DNA of 64,000 nt from the human T2T-CHM13v2.0 reference genome, Homo sapiens. Made by a program: the position numbers and the translations under genes. Under the pieces are notes generated by a model. It was not told the origin of the DNA and searched no databases. It saw nothing but the letters and a program-made list of their open reading frames with translations. Location: assembly GCF_009914755.1 (NCBI RefSeq), contig NC_060935.1; one strand, given 5' to 3'. Below, piece after piece: positions 16,093 through 28,372 of this stretch (position 1 is the stretch's first letter; every line of letters begins with the position of its first letter).

Positions 16093-17127
16093 CTTTGTGG
16101 TTTTATCTACTTTTGGTCTTTGATGATGGTGATGAACAGATGGGTTTTTGGTGTGGATGTCCTTTCTGTTTGTTAGTTTTCCTTCTAACAGACAGGACGC
16201 TCAGCTGCAGGTCTGTTGGAGTTTGCTAGAGGTCCACTCCAGACCCTGTTTGCCTGGGTACCAGCAGCCGTGGCTGCAGAAGAGCGGATTTTTGTGAACC
16301 ATGAATGCTGATGTCTGATCGTTCCTCTGGAAGTTTTGTCTCAGAGGAGTACCTGGCCGTGTGAGGTGTCGGTCTGCCCCTACTGGGGGATGTTTCCCAG
16401 TTAGGCTGCTCGGGGGTCAGGGGTCAGGGACCCACTTAAGGAGGCAGTCTGCCCGTTCTCAGATCTCCAGCTGTGTGCTGGGAGAACCACTACTGTCTTC
16501 AAAACTGTCAGACAGGGATATTTAAGTCTGCACAGGTTACTGCTGTCTTTTTGTTTGTCTGTGCCATTCCCCCAGAGGTGGAGCCTACAGAGGCAGGCAG
16601 GCCTCCTTGAGCTGTGGTGGGCTCCACCCAGTTCGAGCTTCCCAGCTGCTTTGTTTACCTAAGCAAGCCTGGGCAATGGCAGGCACCCCTCCCCCAGCCT
16701 CGCTGCCACCTTGCAGTTTGATCACAGACTGCTGTGCTAGCAGTCAGTCAGACTCCGTGGGCGTAGGACCCTCCGAGCCAGGTGTGGGATATAATCTCCT
16801 GGTGCGCCGTTTTTTAAGCCTGTCGGAAAAGCGCAGTATTAGGGTGGGAGTGACCCGATTTTCCAGGTGCCGTCTGTCACCCCTTTCTTTGACTAGGAAA
16901 GGGAACTCCCTGATCCCTTGTGCTTCCCAAGTGAGGCAATGCCTCGCCCTGCTTCGGCTTGCGTATGTTGCCCTGCACCCACTGTACTGCACCCACTCTC
17001 TGGCACTCCCTAGTGAGATAAACCCGGTACCTCAGATGGAAATGCAGAAATCACCCGTCTTCTGCGTCGCTCACACTGGGGGCTTTAGACTGGAGCTGTT
17101 CCTATTCAGCCATCTTGGCTGCCAGCT
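16093..17127 (-). promoter_or_regulatory. L1 5'UTR: internal sense promoter (YY1 motif caagatggc at 17109-17117) and antisense promoter
   Basis: Sequence matches the L1PA 5'UTR; promoter activities are established for the family but not shown for this copy. Confidence 0.8.
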
Positions 17128-17173
17128 TGATAGCCTTTTTAAAAAAAAAAAAAAAAAGAAAATAGCTGAATAG
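16676..17173 (+). CDS. L1 antisense ORF0-like reading frame, 165 aa, running out of the element into flank
   Basis: ATG at 16676 in gcaATGg context; MAGTPPPASLPPCSLITDCCAS...VGVGPSEPGVGY...RVGVTRFSRC matches primate L1 ORF0. Confidence 0.7.
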   Translation: MAGTPPPASLPPCSLITDCCASSQSDSVGVGPSEPGVGYNLLVRRFLSLSEKRSIRVGVTRFSRCRLSPLSLTRKGNSLIPCASQVRQCLALLRLAYVALHPLYCTHSLALPSEINPVPQMEMQKSPVFCVAHTGGFRLELFLFSHLGCQLDSLFKKKKKKKIAE

Positions 17174-19929
17174 CATTCCATCGTGAGTGTGTACTATATT
17201 TTGTTTATCCATTCATGTGTTGATGGGAACTTATATTGCTTGCAAATCTTGGCTGTTGTGAATAATGCTGCAATAAATGTGAGAGTGCTTGATATCTCTT
17301 TGATATACTGATTTGCTTTCTTTTGGGAGTACACCTAGCAGTGAGATTGCTGTTTCATATTGTAGTTCTATTTTTAGTTCTTTGAGAAACCTCTAAACTG
17401 TTCTCCATAGTGGTTGTACTAATTTACATTGCCACCAACAGTGTACAAGGGTTCCTTTTCTTCACATCTTCTCACAGCATTTGTTATTGCTTGTCTTTTG
17501 GATAAAAGCCATTTTAACTAGGGTGAGATGATATCTCATTGTATTTTTGATTTGCATTTCTCTGATGATCAGTGATGTTGAGCACCTTCTTATATACCTG
17601 CTTGCCATTTGTATGTCTTCTTTTGAAGAAGTAGTGTAATTGTAGTGTAATTTGAAGTCAGGTAATATGATTCTTCCAATTTTGTTCTTCTTGCTTATGA
17701 TAGCTTTGGCTATTTTTGGTCATTTGTGGTTCCATATAAATTATATGATTTTTTTTTCTATTTCTATGAAGACTGTCATTGACATTTTGATCAGATTGTA
17801 CTGAATCTGTAGATTGCTTTGGGTAGTGTGGACATTTTGACAATACTGATTCTTATAATCTATGAACATGGAAATCTTTTTATTTTTTGGTGTCCTCTTT
17901 AATTTCTTGCATCAGTGTTTTATAGTTTTCATTGTAGAGATCTTCCATTTCTTTCGTTAATTCCTAGGTATTTAATTGTATTTGTAGCTATTGTAAATGG
18001 GATTACTTTCTTGATTTATTTTTCAGAATGTTCATTGTTGGGATATAGAAATGCTACTGATTTTAGTATGTTGATTTGGATCCTGCAACTTTACTGAATT
18101 TGTTTATTCTAATAGTTTTTGGTAGAGTCTTTAGGTTTTTCCATGTCTATCATCTGCAAAGAAGGATAATTTAACTTCTTTGTTTCCAATTTGAATTTCA
18201 TTTCTGTCTCTTGTCTGATTGCTCTAGCTAGGACTTCCAGTACTACGTTGAATAACAGTCATGAAAGTGGGCATCCCTGTTGTGTTCCAGATCTTAGAAG
18301 AAAGGCTTTCAGTTTTTTCTCATTCACTATGATACTATCTGTGGGTCTGTTGTGTGTGACTGCTATTATGTGGAAGTATATTCCTTTGATACCCAGGTTT
18401 TTGAGGGTTTTTATCATGAAAAGATGTTGAATTTTGTTAAGTGCTTTTCCAGCATCAATTGAAATGAGCATATGTTTTTTGTTTTTCATAGTTTATATGA
18501 TGTATCACATTGATTGATTTATCTTTTCAAAAAAACCAACTTTTTGTCTTGTTGATCTTTTGTATTTTTTGTGTGTATTTCATTTATTTCTACATTGATG
18601 TTATTTTCTTCTGCTAATTTTGGGCTTGCTTTGCTCTTTTCTAGTTCTCTAAGATGCATTGTTAGGTTGTTTAAAGGTTTTCTGTTTTTTTGATGTGCTT
18701 ATTGTTATAACTTTTCTCTTAGTACTGCTTTCACTTAGTACTGATTTGCTTATGTTGAAACATCCTTGTATCCCTGGGATAAATCCCAGTTTTTCATGAT
18801 GAATTATCTTTTTACTGTGCTGTGGAATTTGGTTTGCTAGTATTTTGTTGAGGATTTTTGTATCAGTGTTCATCAGATATATTGACCTGTAGTTTTCTTT
18901 TATTGCTATGTGTTTGGTTTTGATATCAGGGTACTATTGTCCTCATAGAATGAGTTTGGAAGTATTCTTTTCTCCTTTATTTTTAGAATAGTTTGAGTAG
19001 GATTGGTATTAGTTCTTATAGTAAAATTCTGCAGTGAAACTATCAGGTTCTGGACTTTTCTTTGCTGGGAGGCTTTTTATTACAGCTTCAATCTCATCCT
19101 TTGTCTTTGATCTATTCAGGTTTTGGAATTCTTCATGGTTCAATTTTGGTAGATTGTATGTGTCTAGGAATGTATTCATTTCTTGAAGGTATTCCAATTT
19201 ATTGGCATATAGTTGATCATTATAGTCTCTTAGGAGCATTTGCATTTCTGCTGTAATTCAGTTGAATTACATGAATCGCACTGTCTCCTTTTTCATCTCT
19301 GATGTATTTGTGCATTTTGTTTAGTTATTCTGGCTAAAGTTTTGTCGATCTATTTATCTTTTCAAAAAACCAACTTTTCATTTTTTTGATCTTTTGTATT
19401 TTTGTATGTATTTTATTCTATTTTGATATTATTTTCTTCTGCTAATTTTGGGCTTGGTTTGCTCTTGCTTTTCTAGTTCTTTAAGATGCATTGTTATGTT
19501 GTTTGCTTAAAGTTTTTCTGCTTTTTGATGTAGGTGCTTATTATAAACTTTTCTCTTAGTATTGCTTTCACTGTATTTCATAGATTTTGGTTTGTTGTGT
19601 TTCCATTTTCATTTGTTTCAAGAAATTTTTAAATTTTCTTCTTAATTTTTTCATTGGTCACTCAGGAGTGTATTGTTTAATGTCTATGTGTAGTTTCCAA
19701 AGTTTCCTTTGTTATTGACTTCTAATTTTTTTCCGTTCTGGTCAGAGAAGAGACTTGATATGATTTCAAGTTTTTGAATTTTTTAAGACTTGTTTTGTGG
19801 CCAAATATATGGTCTTAGGTTCTTTTTAAAAAAATATTGCTTAAAAATACATAAGAACCTAGCCTAAATAAATCAAATTATATACAGAATTTAGAGGTTA
19901 AAAGTTGTATTTCAGAGTTAGGAGATGTG

Positions 19930-20500
19930 CCTTAAATAATTAGATTTTATTGTAAAGGGATTACTTGCAGCAATGCAGAGAGTGAATTTGGGATTTGGAG
20001 GGAGTATATCACAGGTAATAGGGGATGCTCTTGCAGTTATCCAGCAGAGAAATGGTGAGGACTTGACCAAAACTTATGGCAATGATACGGTGGAGAGTAG
20101 GTTTATCTGAGATATGAGGATTGCTGCTTGGATGAGGAAGATGAAAAACGCTGGAAGGTAAGCAAATTATAAAATAGGAAAAATGTGTGAAAATTGAATA
20201 CAAGCTTTGCAAATACTGAGGCTGAGGTTCTTTTATGACATTCAGCTAGAGAAATAATGGGTAACAGTTGGGTATTCAGAGCTCAGGTGATAAATCTGGG
20301 TCAGGGATAGAAATTTAGGAGTTATCAGCATGTAGATATTAGTTTAAACCATGCAGGTTGATAGTGTTCTGTAGTGAGAATATGGAGAGTAAGAAAAAGT
20401 GTTCCAAGTATGGACTGGAGAATCTTGATGTTTGAAGCATAGGCAGTAGGAAAGGAGTCAGTAAAGCAGAGGCCAGAGTAGTGGCAAGAGGCATTATAAA
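19930..20500 (-). mobile_element. L2 fragment
   Basis: Purine-rich degenerate L2 antisense motifs (ttgcagttatccagcagagaaatggtgaggacttgacc; aatttaggagttatcagcatgtagat). Confidence 0.6.
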
Positions 20501-20509
20501 TACCTTGTT

Positions 20510-20960
20510 AAATTTAGGTGCTACTGTTAGCTGTCACACTAGCTGTCTGACTTTAGACGAATTACATAACTTTGCTACACCTCATTTTCTTCATTATGAA
20601 AAGTGTAAATTAACATGTGGGCCTCATAGGTAGGGCTTTGAGGATTGAATACGACACATTGTCTTTCAAATGTTTTTGATGTGACAACCCAAAATAAGAA
20701 CGATATTTTATATATTATGATTATGTTACCATATATACATGTATATATATGTATATAAATTTCCCAGAAAAATACTGAACCTTCCTACATGTGATATATT
20801 TGGATATTTCCTATTCTAATTTATGTAATTAAAAAGCTGCTGTGACTCACTGATGGCTAACAGCCAGTAGTGAGAAAAAACACTGAACTAAAACGCGTGA
20901 GCACCTAGAACAGTGACTGATCACTTAGCAAACGCAGAGTTAAGAGTAGTGATTGTTTTT
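20510..20960 (+). mobile_element. MIR interrupted by a hAT/Charlie-like MITE (~20660-20885)
   Basis: MIR core cactagctgtctgactttagac...cctcattttcttcatt, resuming at gcacctagaacagtgactg; insert bounded by cattgtctttcaaa...gaaaaaacactg. Confidence 0.5.
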
Positions 20961-21609
20961 AAACCAAGAGAGAAAGTTGACTAAATACACAATTTCAGTA
21001 AGGACAGCATTATCTTTATTGTTATTGCTCTAGATGTATCCAGTAAGTGAGAGGTAAAAAGTCTTCATCTGCAATCTGATGGTCAGTGGTAAGCTGCTAG
21101 AGAAATTTCTGTAGGTGGGTTGGGGTAGTGGATTAAGAAATAAATGTGAAATAAGGAAGTAAGAGTGAGTTTAGTAAACTCAAGAAGCTTGAGAGAAAAA
21201 GATAGGGCCATTTGCTAGAGGATTAAGGGTTTTTCTTTTCTTTCTTGTCCCCTTCCTACCCTCCTTCTCTCTCTTTCTTAGACTGGAGAGACTAGACTCT
21301 GGGAAAGTTTAAGTGAATAAGAGAAGATTGAAGAAGCAGACGAGATTGATAAATTGGGGAATGGGAAAGAGAATAGAGTCTAAACTCTGGTCCATAATGT
21401 CAACATTTAGGGGTAGATTATTAAAATTGTCTGGGAAAAATTATTATAAATGATTAGGAAGAAATAAAATGGTTTGGAAGCCTTGCACATGTGTTTTAAG
21501 TGAAAGAGGACTGAAAAAAAGTAGAAAATAGAAAAATCTAATGCTCGTGGCTTTCTAAATACATGGTCTTTCTTAAAAGATAATTTAATTTCTTATAAAA
21601 ATAGACATG

Positions 21610-21906
<297 letters not shown>

Positions 21907-21911
21907 TTAAA

Positions 21912-21912
<1 letters not shown>

Positions 21913-21953
<41 letters not shown>

Positions 21954-21960
21954 TATATAT
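21913..21960. repeat. (TA)n(TG)n microsatellite in the Alu tail
   Basis: Direct read. Confidence 0.95.
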
Positions 21961-22749
21961 AGACAAGGACAAACATGAAGCCATTATTCCTCAGAAGATA
22001 TATACAGATGAAATGAGGCACTTCTATTATTGGCAGCCAAACCTGTGAGTTTACCAAAAATGCAAAATTTGTTCAATGAGAAGAAGTATTGAGATTGTTA
22101 GGAGTGTTACTTTCCTCAAAACAAATGGAAAACATGAGAAAACATAGGTTCATAAATGCTGTGAATCATTTCCTGTGAGAATACAAAGCTTATTACACCA
22201 AGTCACATGACTGTGATCTGACTTTCTTTATTGGTAGAAAAAAATTAGCCTGCTCATTTGTTGAGTGTACTCTAAGAATGAGAAACTTGTGGCAAATCTG
22301 TTGTCATTTTTTTACCTGTCAGTCTTTGAGGTAGTTGTGCCCAGATAGTTACTCTAACATTTTATAATGAATATAAATTGTTTTAGTAGAAGGCAAAGAG
22401 AAATATTGTATGGAGAAACAGCATGAACCTAAAATGCGACCCCTAAGGTAAGGACTTAATGGGACACAATCATGTCAAAAATGGCCAGTTGCCTTTCAGA
22501 CACTTGCAATAAAAATGACATTCTTAGGTGGTTTTAAAAATGTGAATATTTTGTTTGTGATTTTTCACTGATGTCAAAGTTCAAAAGTGGATGACATTCA
22601 CATGTTTTTAAATCAGTGGAAAACTCACACCACTAATATGTTATTCATTGCTGATGGTCTTATTCTAGTTCTACAGTAGTTCCCAGAGGTTCCACTGGAT
22701 ACAGTAGCCTCTTTGTCAATCAAGATTGTTGTTTGAACTTAAAGGATGA

Positions 22750-22752
<3 letters not shown>

Positions 22753-22790
<38 letters not shown>
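22753..22790. repeat. (AT)19 microsatellite
   Basis: Perfect AT run. Confidence 0.98.
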
Positions 22791-22792
<2 letters not shown>

Positions 22793-23951
22793 TGGTGTAC
22801 ACTTCTAACCTGATGGAATTTTAACCTGTTAGCATTGTTAAGGTACATCAAATTGGCACTGTGTAATCTTATTTCTAAGTTACAATTTACCTAGAATTTA
22901 ATAGTAACAATCGTTGTCTCATGAAAAAGTAAATTTGTTTCATGTTTTACAAATTCTTTTTATATTATTGACAAAAAATTGATAATTCTTATAAATTCAG
23001 TTTACTCTTTAGAAGTTATGAGAAATGAAAATAAATTATTCTTGTTTTGAAAATGACAGTCCACAGATTTTAAAAAAACATTTTTTCAATAAAGCATTTC
23101 TGTTTTGAGCAAGAAGGGTGTCTTATATATAACAATCTGTTACCTTTGCAGAAGTCTCAGCACATCAAACATTCATAGGTAAAAGAAATAATTATGATAA
23201 ATTTCTAATATCAGTGGTGAGTTTTTAAAATAATTTGAGTATTTTTTTCATTGACAATGTCAGTAATAGTTTATTAGTATTGGTGATTACTAGAGGGAGT
23301 TTTAGGTAAAACAGTACCCAGTAAATGTTTGAATGAATGATACTCAGTTAAAAAAATTTAAGGATTAGAAGTAAAATTTTTAGCCTTTCAGAGTTTTCAT
23401 TGACTTAATTAAAAAACATACATGTGTTTTAGGAGATTCCATGGTAGAATAGAAATTGTACAGTCTTCAATGCCATATATAACAGACCCCTCTTTAGGTT
23501 TTGGCTCTACCACTTACAAACTCTGTGGCCTTCAATAAGATACTTGGCTTCTTTCATTTTAAATTTGTCATGGATAAAATGATCTCTGTGGCTATGAAAA
23601 GTTAGAACACATAATCCTACAAGAACATAATATTTTTAAACATTATTTATGTTTCCAAGCCCATCTTTAAAAGTTATTCAACCTATAAATGAATCTATAA
23701 AATATAGTTGAAGTGCAGTGCCAATGCTACTATAGAAACAAATAATATTTATGATAATATTTCTTTGGGAAAATACATTGATGTCCAGCATGTTAGCACT
23801 AAAGCAAAAGGACTGGGAATTATCCAGATGTGAGCTACTCCACAATCCCATATTTGGAGCTAGAGTTCAGTGTGTGGGTGGATGGCGAGTGATGGGACAG
23901 AAGGACAGAACTGGAGATCTTAGGGAGAGAATGGTTAAAAACAAAATAAGG

Positions 23952-24090
23952 GCCTGGTGTGGCAGCTCATTCCTGTAATTCCAGCATTTTAAGAGCCAAG
24001 GCAGGAGGATTGTTTGAGCCCAGGGGTTCGATACCAGCTTGGACAACATAGGGAGACCCCATCCCTACAAAATATAAAATAACAAAACTA
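23952..24090 (+). mobile_element. Free left Alu monomer (FLAM)
   Basis: Single monomer: ggcaggaggattgtttgagcccagg...gacaacatagggagacccc plus A tail. Confidence 0.85.
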
Positions 24091-24582
24091 AATAGGTTAA
24101 TACTACAAATTGAGGAGCCAAAGGATTGGGATAATGATTTAAAGTGGGGCTTTTCCTTTCCTTCCTCTTTTTTTCCCTTTCTTCTCCATTTCTCCCCCAC
24201 TCTGACACCATTCTGACTAGAGGAATTTGGGACAGCACAGTAAATGGGACTGGACAAAAAGGGATCTTGGAGTATAGAGTGGAGATTGGCACTTCAGAGC
24301 AGGTAGGGGTCGGAAGAAGAGGGCAGGGCAAAGAAACAAATGTGTTGGCCCTGAATTTGCAGAGGAGCAAAATTCTGCCATCCTTCTCTCTATTGCCAGC
24401 CTTACTCTGAACTAGTTGTTAGTGTATCCATTGAAAACTGGATTTAAAAAGCTAGAAAGATTAAAATGAGTGATGAATGAAGCCAAACAAGGTATCCAAT
24501 TTTTCTTCATTATTTATATCTTTCTGGACATGTTTTATCATAACTAAATAAAGCCACAGGTGACTCTTAAAGTATCTGCAAG

Positions 24583-24760
24583 AGCTGGGCATGGTGGCAC
24601 ATGCCTACAGTCCCAGTTACACAGGAGGCTGAGAAAGGAAGATTGCTTGAGCCCAGGAATTCAGGGCTGTAGTGCGCTACGATTGTGCCTGTGAGTAGAC
24701 ACTGTACTCCAGCCTGGGCAACATAAGGAGAATCTTGTCTCTTGAAAGAAAAAAAAAAAA
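24583..24760 (+). mobile_element. FAM (fossil Alu monomer)
   Basis: 7SL-derived gtagtgcgctacgattgtgcctgtgagtag segment; TSD aaagtatct(g/a)caag at 24569-24582 and 24758-24771. Confidence 0.85.
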
Positions 24761-26479
24761 GTATCTACAAGCAATTTAAAAAATTATCATAGCCAAAGAG
24801 CTGCCATGCAGTTGGCCTTCTTTCTTTATAGTTGACTGTTTCTCTCCCTGCCTGTAAGAGAGGAAGTGAAGGTGAAGAGAAGGGAGGGTTAAGAGGAAAT
24901 GGTTGCTAGAAGCAGTGAGGTAAGAGGAGGTCTTCAGTATTTATCTAGAGTAGCCTTTTATATTTAAAGGATATATATTCATTTTGTGTGTATCTTCAAT
25001 GTAGCTATAAGACATTATTTTCCCAGAATTTGCTAGTATATCATCTGGTTGGTAAGTTACAAAACTGGGAATAACTTTTTAACTTTATAATGAAATACAT
25101 TGATGTTTCAGGGATCTATTAAAAACATTGACCTCAAGACCTGCCTATTACCCTAAGGGGTAGATTACTCCCTGTCTCCATGTTAGGACAACCTTTTAAT
25201 GGATGTCTTTTAAAATGAGGTTTTGATAAACTTATTTGAATTTACTTTTAAACTAAATGTCGCTTTATGTTTAAATATTATTAGAGGATCCATTATATTA
25301 GCCAAAATAAGTGATTCCAACTATATAAACTTACATACCTTTATACCTCAGTTTTAATTACAACTAATTCCACCTCATTTAGGCTTGAGATATAAATATA
25401 ATCTGATTTTGAAAATATGAGATTAAAGTTATTTGGAATAAGATATAATTTGCAAATTATAAATTCAGAAGTTGGAAGCGGTTCGCTATGAAAAGATGAA
25501 AAAATGCAGATACCTTAAAGAATTAACTTTTGGGTTTGTTTACTTAAATTATGTTGTAATATGTAGTATGATTCCTCAAAATATTTTTTAATTTGGGAAT
25601 TTATGATGAATATAAAAAGATTCATTGAGAATGAGGAAGCTTCATATAGAGACATGATGCCCTGTGAATTAAAGTCAATAACTGGAGTTCTGTAGAGTAT
25701 TTTAGAGGACAATGGCCTCAAATTAAGATTATATTAAAGTGATTTTTTGGGGGCAAAAACATGTCTTTTGCTCATTGTGGAAAAATGAGCAAATATGATT
25801 GAACAAAATAATAATAATTATCACCCATAATCTCTTCTTTCAAAGACAAGTAACTACCAGCTTTGTTTGTATACTTTTAGTCTGTTGGCTATGCCTCTAT
25901 CTGTCTGTTGGTCCTGCTTGCCCTCACTCTTCCTCTTTTCCTCCCTCCTTTGCCCCTTTCTTTCCTCCTGCCTTCACTTCTTTCCTCTCTCCTTCCACAC
26001 ATTTGTGTGTGTGTATGTGTATGTGTATATGTGTATATATGTCTTTCAGCTTCTCAAATGAGATTATATTATGTAGGCTATATGATTATATGCCTTTGTA
26101 TTTCCATATAAACCCTAGAAATGGATTCTTATACTAATCTTCAGTTCTTCACTAAGAAACTGGTGATAACTCTTAGCAATGTTGAGTGTGACTAAACATC
26201 CAAACATTATATCCTTTCGAGTTCTGGAATCCTCTTTTGCATGCTGTCTGCTTCTTGTTTAAGGAGCATTATTACTAATCACAGAAAGTTCTTAGATGAG
26301 ACTTTACTGATACAGATGCTCAAATTTGAAGCAGTTAAATTTAACTGTTTGCTTTACTGCTTGTGAGGTGCTATAACTCATTGGGCTATGCTATAACTCA
26401 CTGTGTCTTTCTCAAGCCTGATTCTTTCTTTCTGTTATTTTCTTTTGTTTAAGTTCTGTGTCGGAGGTAATCAAAAGAC

Positions 26480-26700
26480 ACTATAGTGTAGTTGAGAGGG
26501 AACTCTGGGGTTCAGCTGTGTTGGTTCAAATCCTTCTCCATCTTACTTGTTTTGTGACTTTGGGTAAGTTATGTAGCCTCTTTGTGCCTCACATTTCTCG
26601 TCTTCAGTGGGGATAATAATAGTACTTACCTCATGGGGTTATTGTATTGAATATCTACTGCATAGTAAGCACTCAATAAATGTTAGTTGTTTTTATTATT
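26480..26700 (+). mobile_element. MIR
   Basis: ggttcaaatcc...tgtgactttgggtaagtta...ctctttgtgcctca...gggataataatagtacttacctcat. Confidence 0.85.
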
Positions 26701-26719
26701 TAAATCTAAGCTGTAAACG

Positions 26720-26985
26720 TCATATTTATATGATTCTATTTATCAAAAATGTCCAGAATAGAAAAATCTGTAGAGATAAAAATTAGATTGGTGGCCTAGG
26801 GGAGTTGGGAGTGTAGGGAATGACTATTAATGGGTAAGGGTTTTTTTTAGGGTTGATGAAAATGTTCTAAAAGTAATTGTGGTGATGGCTGCACAAGTCT
26901 GAATATACCAGAAACCACTGACTGATACAGTTTAGATAGTGAATTGTATAATATTTCAATGGTATCTCAATAAAACTGTGAATGT
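26720..26985 (+). mobile_element. L1MB/ME-type 3' end
   Basis: aatgtccagaatag...gatgaaaatgttctaaaa...gtggtgatggctgcacaa...tctcaataaaactg. Confidence 0.8.
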
Positions 26986-27281
26986 ATTTTTAAATATAAA
27001 TCTGGCACATTCTTGATCAAAATTAAGTCACAGATTGCCAGATACAAACTGACCACAAGCACGTACTTCCTATACCATATGTACGTCTAAGTCCCTTTCT
27101 AAGAATACATTCCAATTTAGTATGAATAGAAATTACATTTATAGTCTTTAGAAATATAATCAGTTAATAACTTGATTATATTTTCTGCATATATTATATA
27201 TATTTGATTATATATTGATATTGATTATATTTTACACAATAATTATTTTACTGTATTCTGTGTTTATTTTGGGGAAAAGCC

Positions 27282-28372
27282 TTTTTTTTTTTCAGTTGGA
27301 ATCACTTTTAATATTTAAATACAAAAAATGAGCACTGGCTTCTCTTTTTTTAAACACACACACAAATCTAACAGCCAAAATGTGCAGAGGAAATGAGCTC
27401 CTGCTCTGTCTTCCCCAGTCCCCATCCTGTGGCTAAAGCTGCAGCCAGCCTCTTTCCTCTTATACATAGGGATTCATAGTGGCCACATTACACCACAGTT
27501 GTAATGCATTTTGTCTGTTTTACATTGTGTGCATGTCCCTCCCCAACAGCTCCATTCTTTAAGGAAAAAAAAGAAAGCAGTCATTAATGGTCAGGGGCAC
27601 ATCCCTCCCACTGGTGTCAGTTCCTACCCCACAGGAGAAAGTGAGATCTTCCAGTTAGGAGCAATTTTGTGAAAAGAGTGTGTGGCCAGAGCTGGAATAA
27701 CCATTTGCATGGCTGCACTGTGGTATCAGAGTGAAGACTGAAGTAAGTCAGGATAGTGTGGAGGGCACAGTTGCAATTAAGTCTCTTCATGAGACAATGT
27801 GGGGAGATTTCTTCCCACCAGGTTTAGATGGATCAATGTGCCAAAGTTAAAAAAAAATCCAAATAATCAGCAGTTCAAACACAATTGAATTTCTGACTTC
27901 TCCCACGGAGACAGCTCATATACGGCAGTAACAATCTAGATCTTTCCAGGAAGTGAAGGAAGAGCCCCTTGCATTCTTCCTGAGAGCCCTGTGTTAGGCC
28001 CTAGAAGTATCTGCTGCTGCTGCAGTTGCTGCTGTTGCTCGGTTTGCATCTTCTCAGTCTCAAAGACAACGGGAAGAACCAGGATCATAAAGGAAGTGGT
28101 CCCAATCCACACGGCTGCCCTGGGAAACCTGTACATTTTGTGAGCCACAAAGAGGGAGAGAAAGAAGAGGTTCTGGCCGCAGACCGGACCCTCTTCGGAA
28201 ACATCTCCATCAGGCCCCATAGTCTCTCCGACCAGGTCTCATCTAGCTTCTCCTCGTCGTCCTCCTCCAACTCCTCCTTAGTCTTCTCCACGTCGCCTTT
28301 TGGGAGCAATTCCTCCGGGGATAGGGGTTCCCCTGCGACAGCGGCCATGGCTGTAGGGGACACCAGAAGTGG
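27282..28372 (-). pseudogene. TOMM22P: Processed pseudogene of TOMM22 (mitochondrial import receptor Tom22)
   Basis: Intronless. ATG at 28348 (MAAVAGEPLSPEELLPKGD...DETWSERLWGLMEMFP), 1-nt frameshift at ~28162, then LSLFVAHKMYRF...WIGTTSFMILVLPVVFETEK...LPSLPGKI with stop at 27936. About 650 nt of 3'UTR, ATTAAA at 27307-27312 and poly(A) at 27282-27292. The pseudogene number was not determined. Confidence 0.96.

Noticed and set aside
19252-19271. 9-bp-arm quasi-palindrome tgtaattca-gt-tgaattaca
   Set aside because: Too short to separate from chance in 64 kb of AT-rich DNA
26369-26400. 12-bp direct repeat tgctataactca with an 8-bp spacer
   Set aside because: Ordinary small slippage duplication
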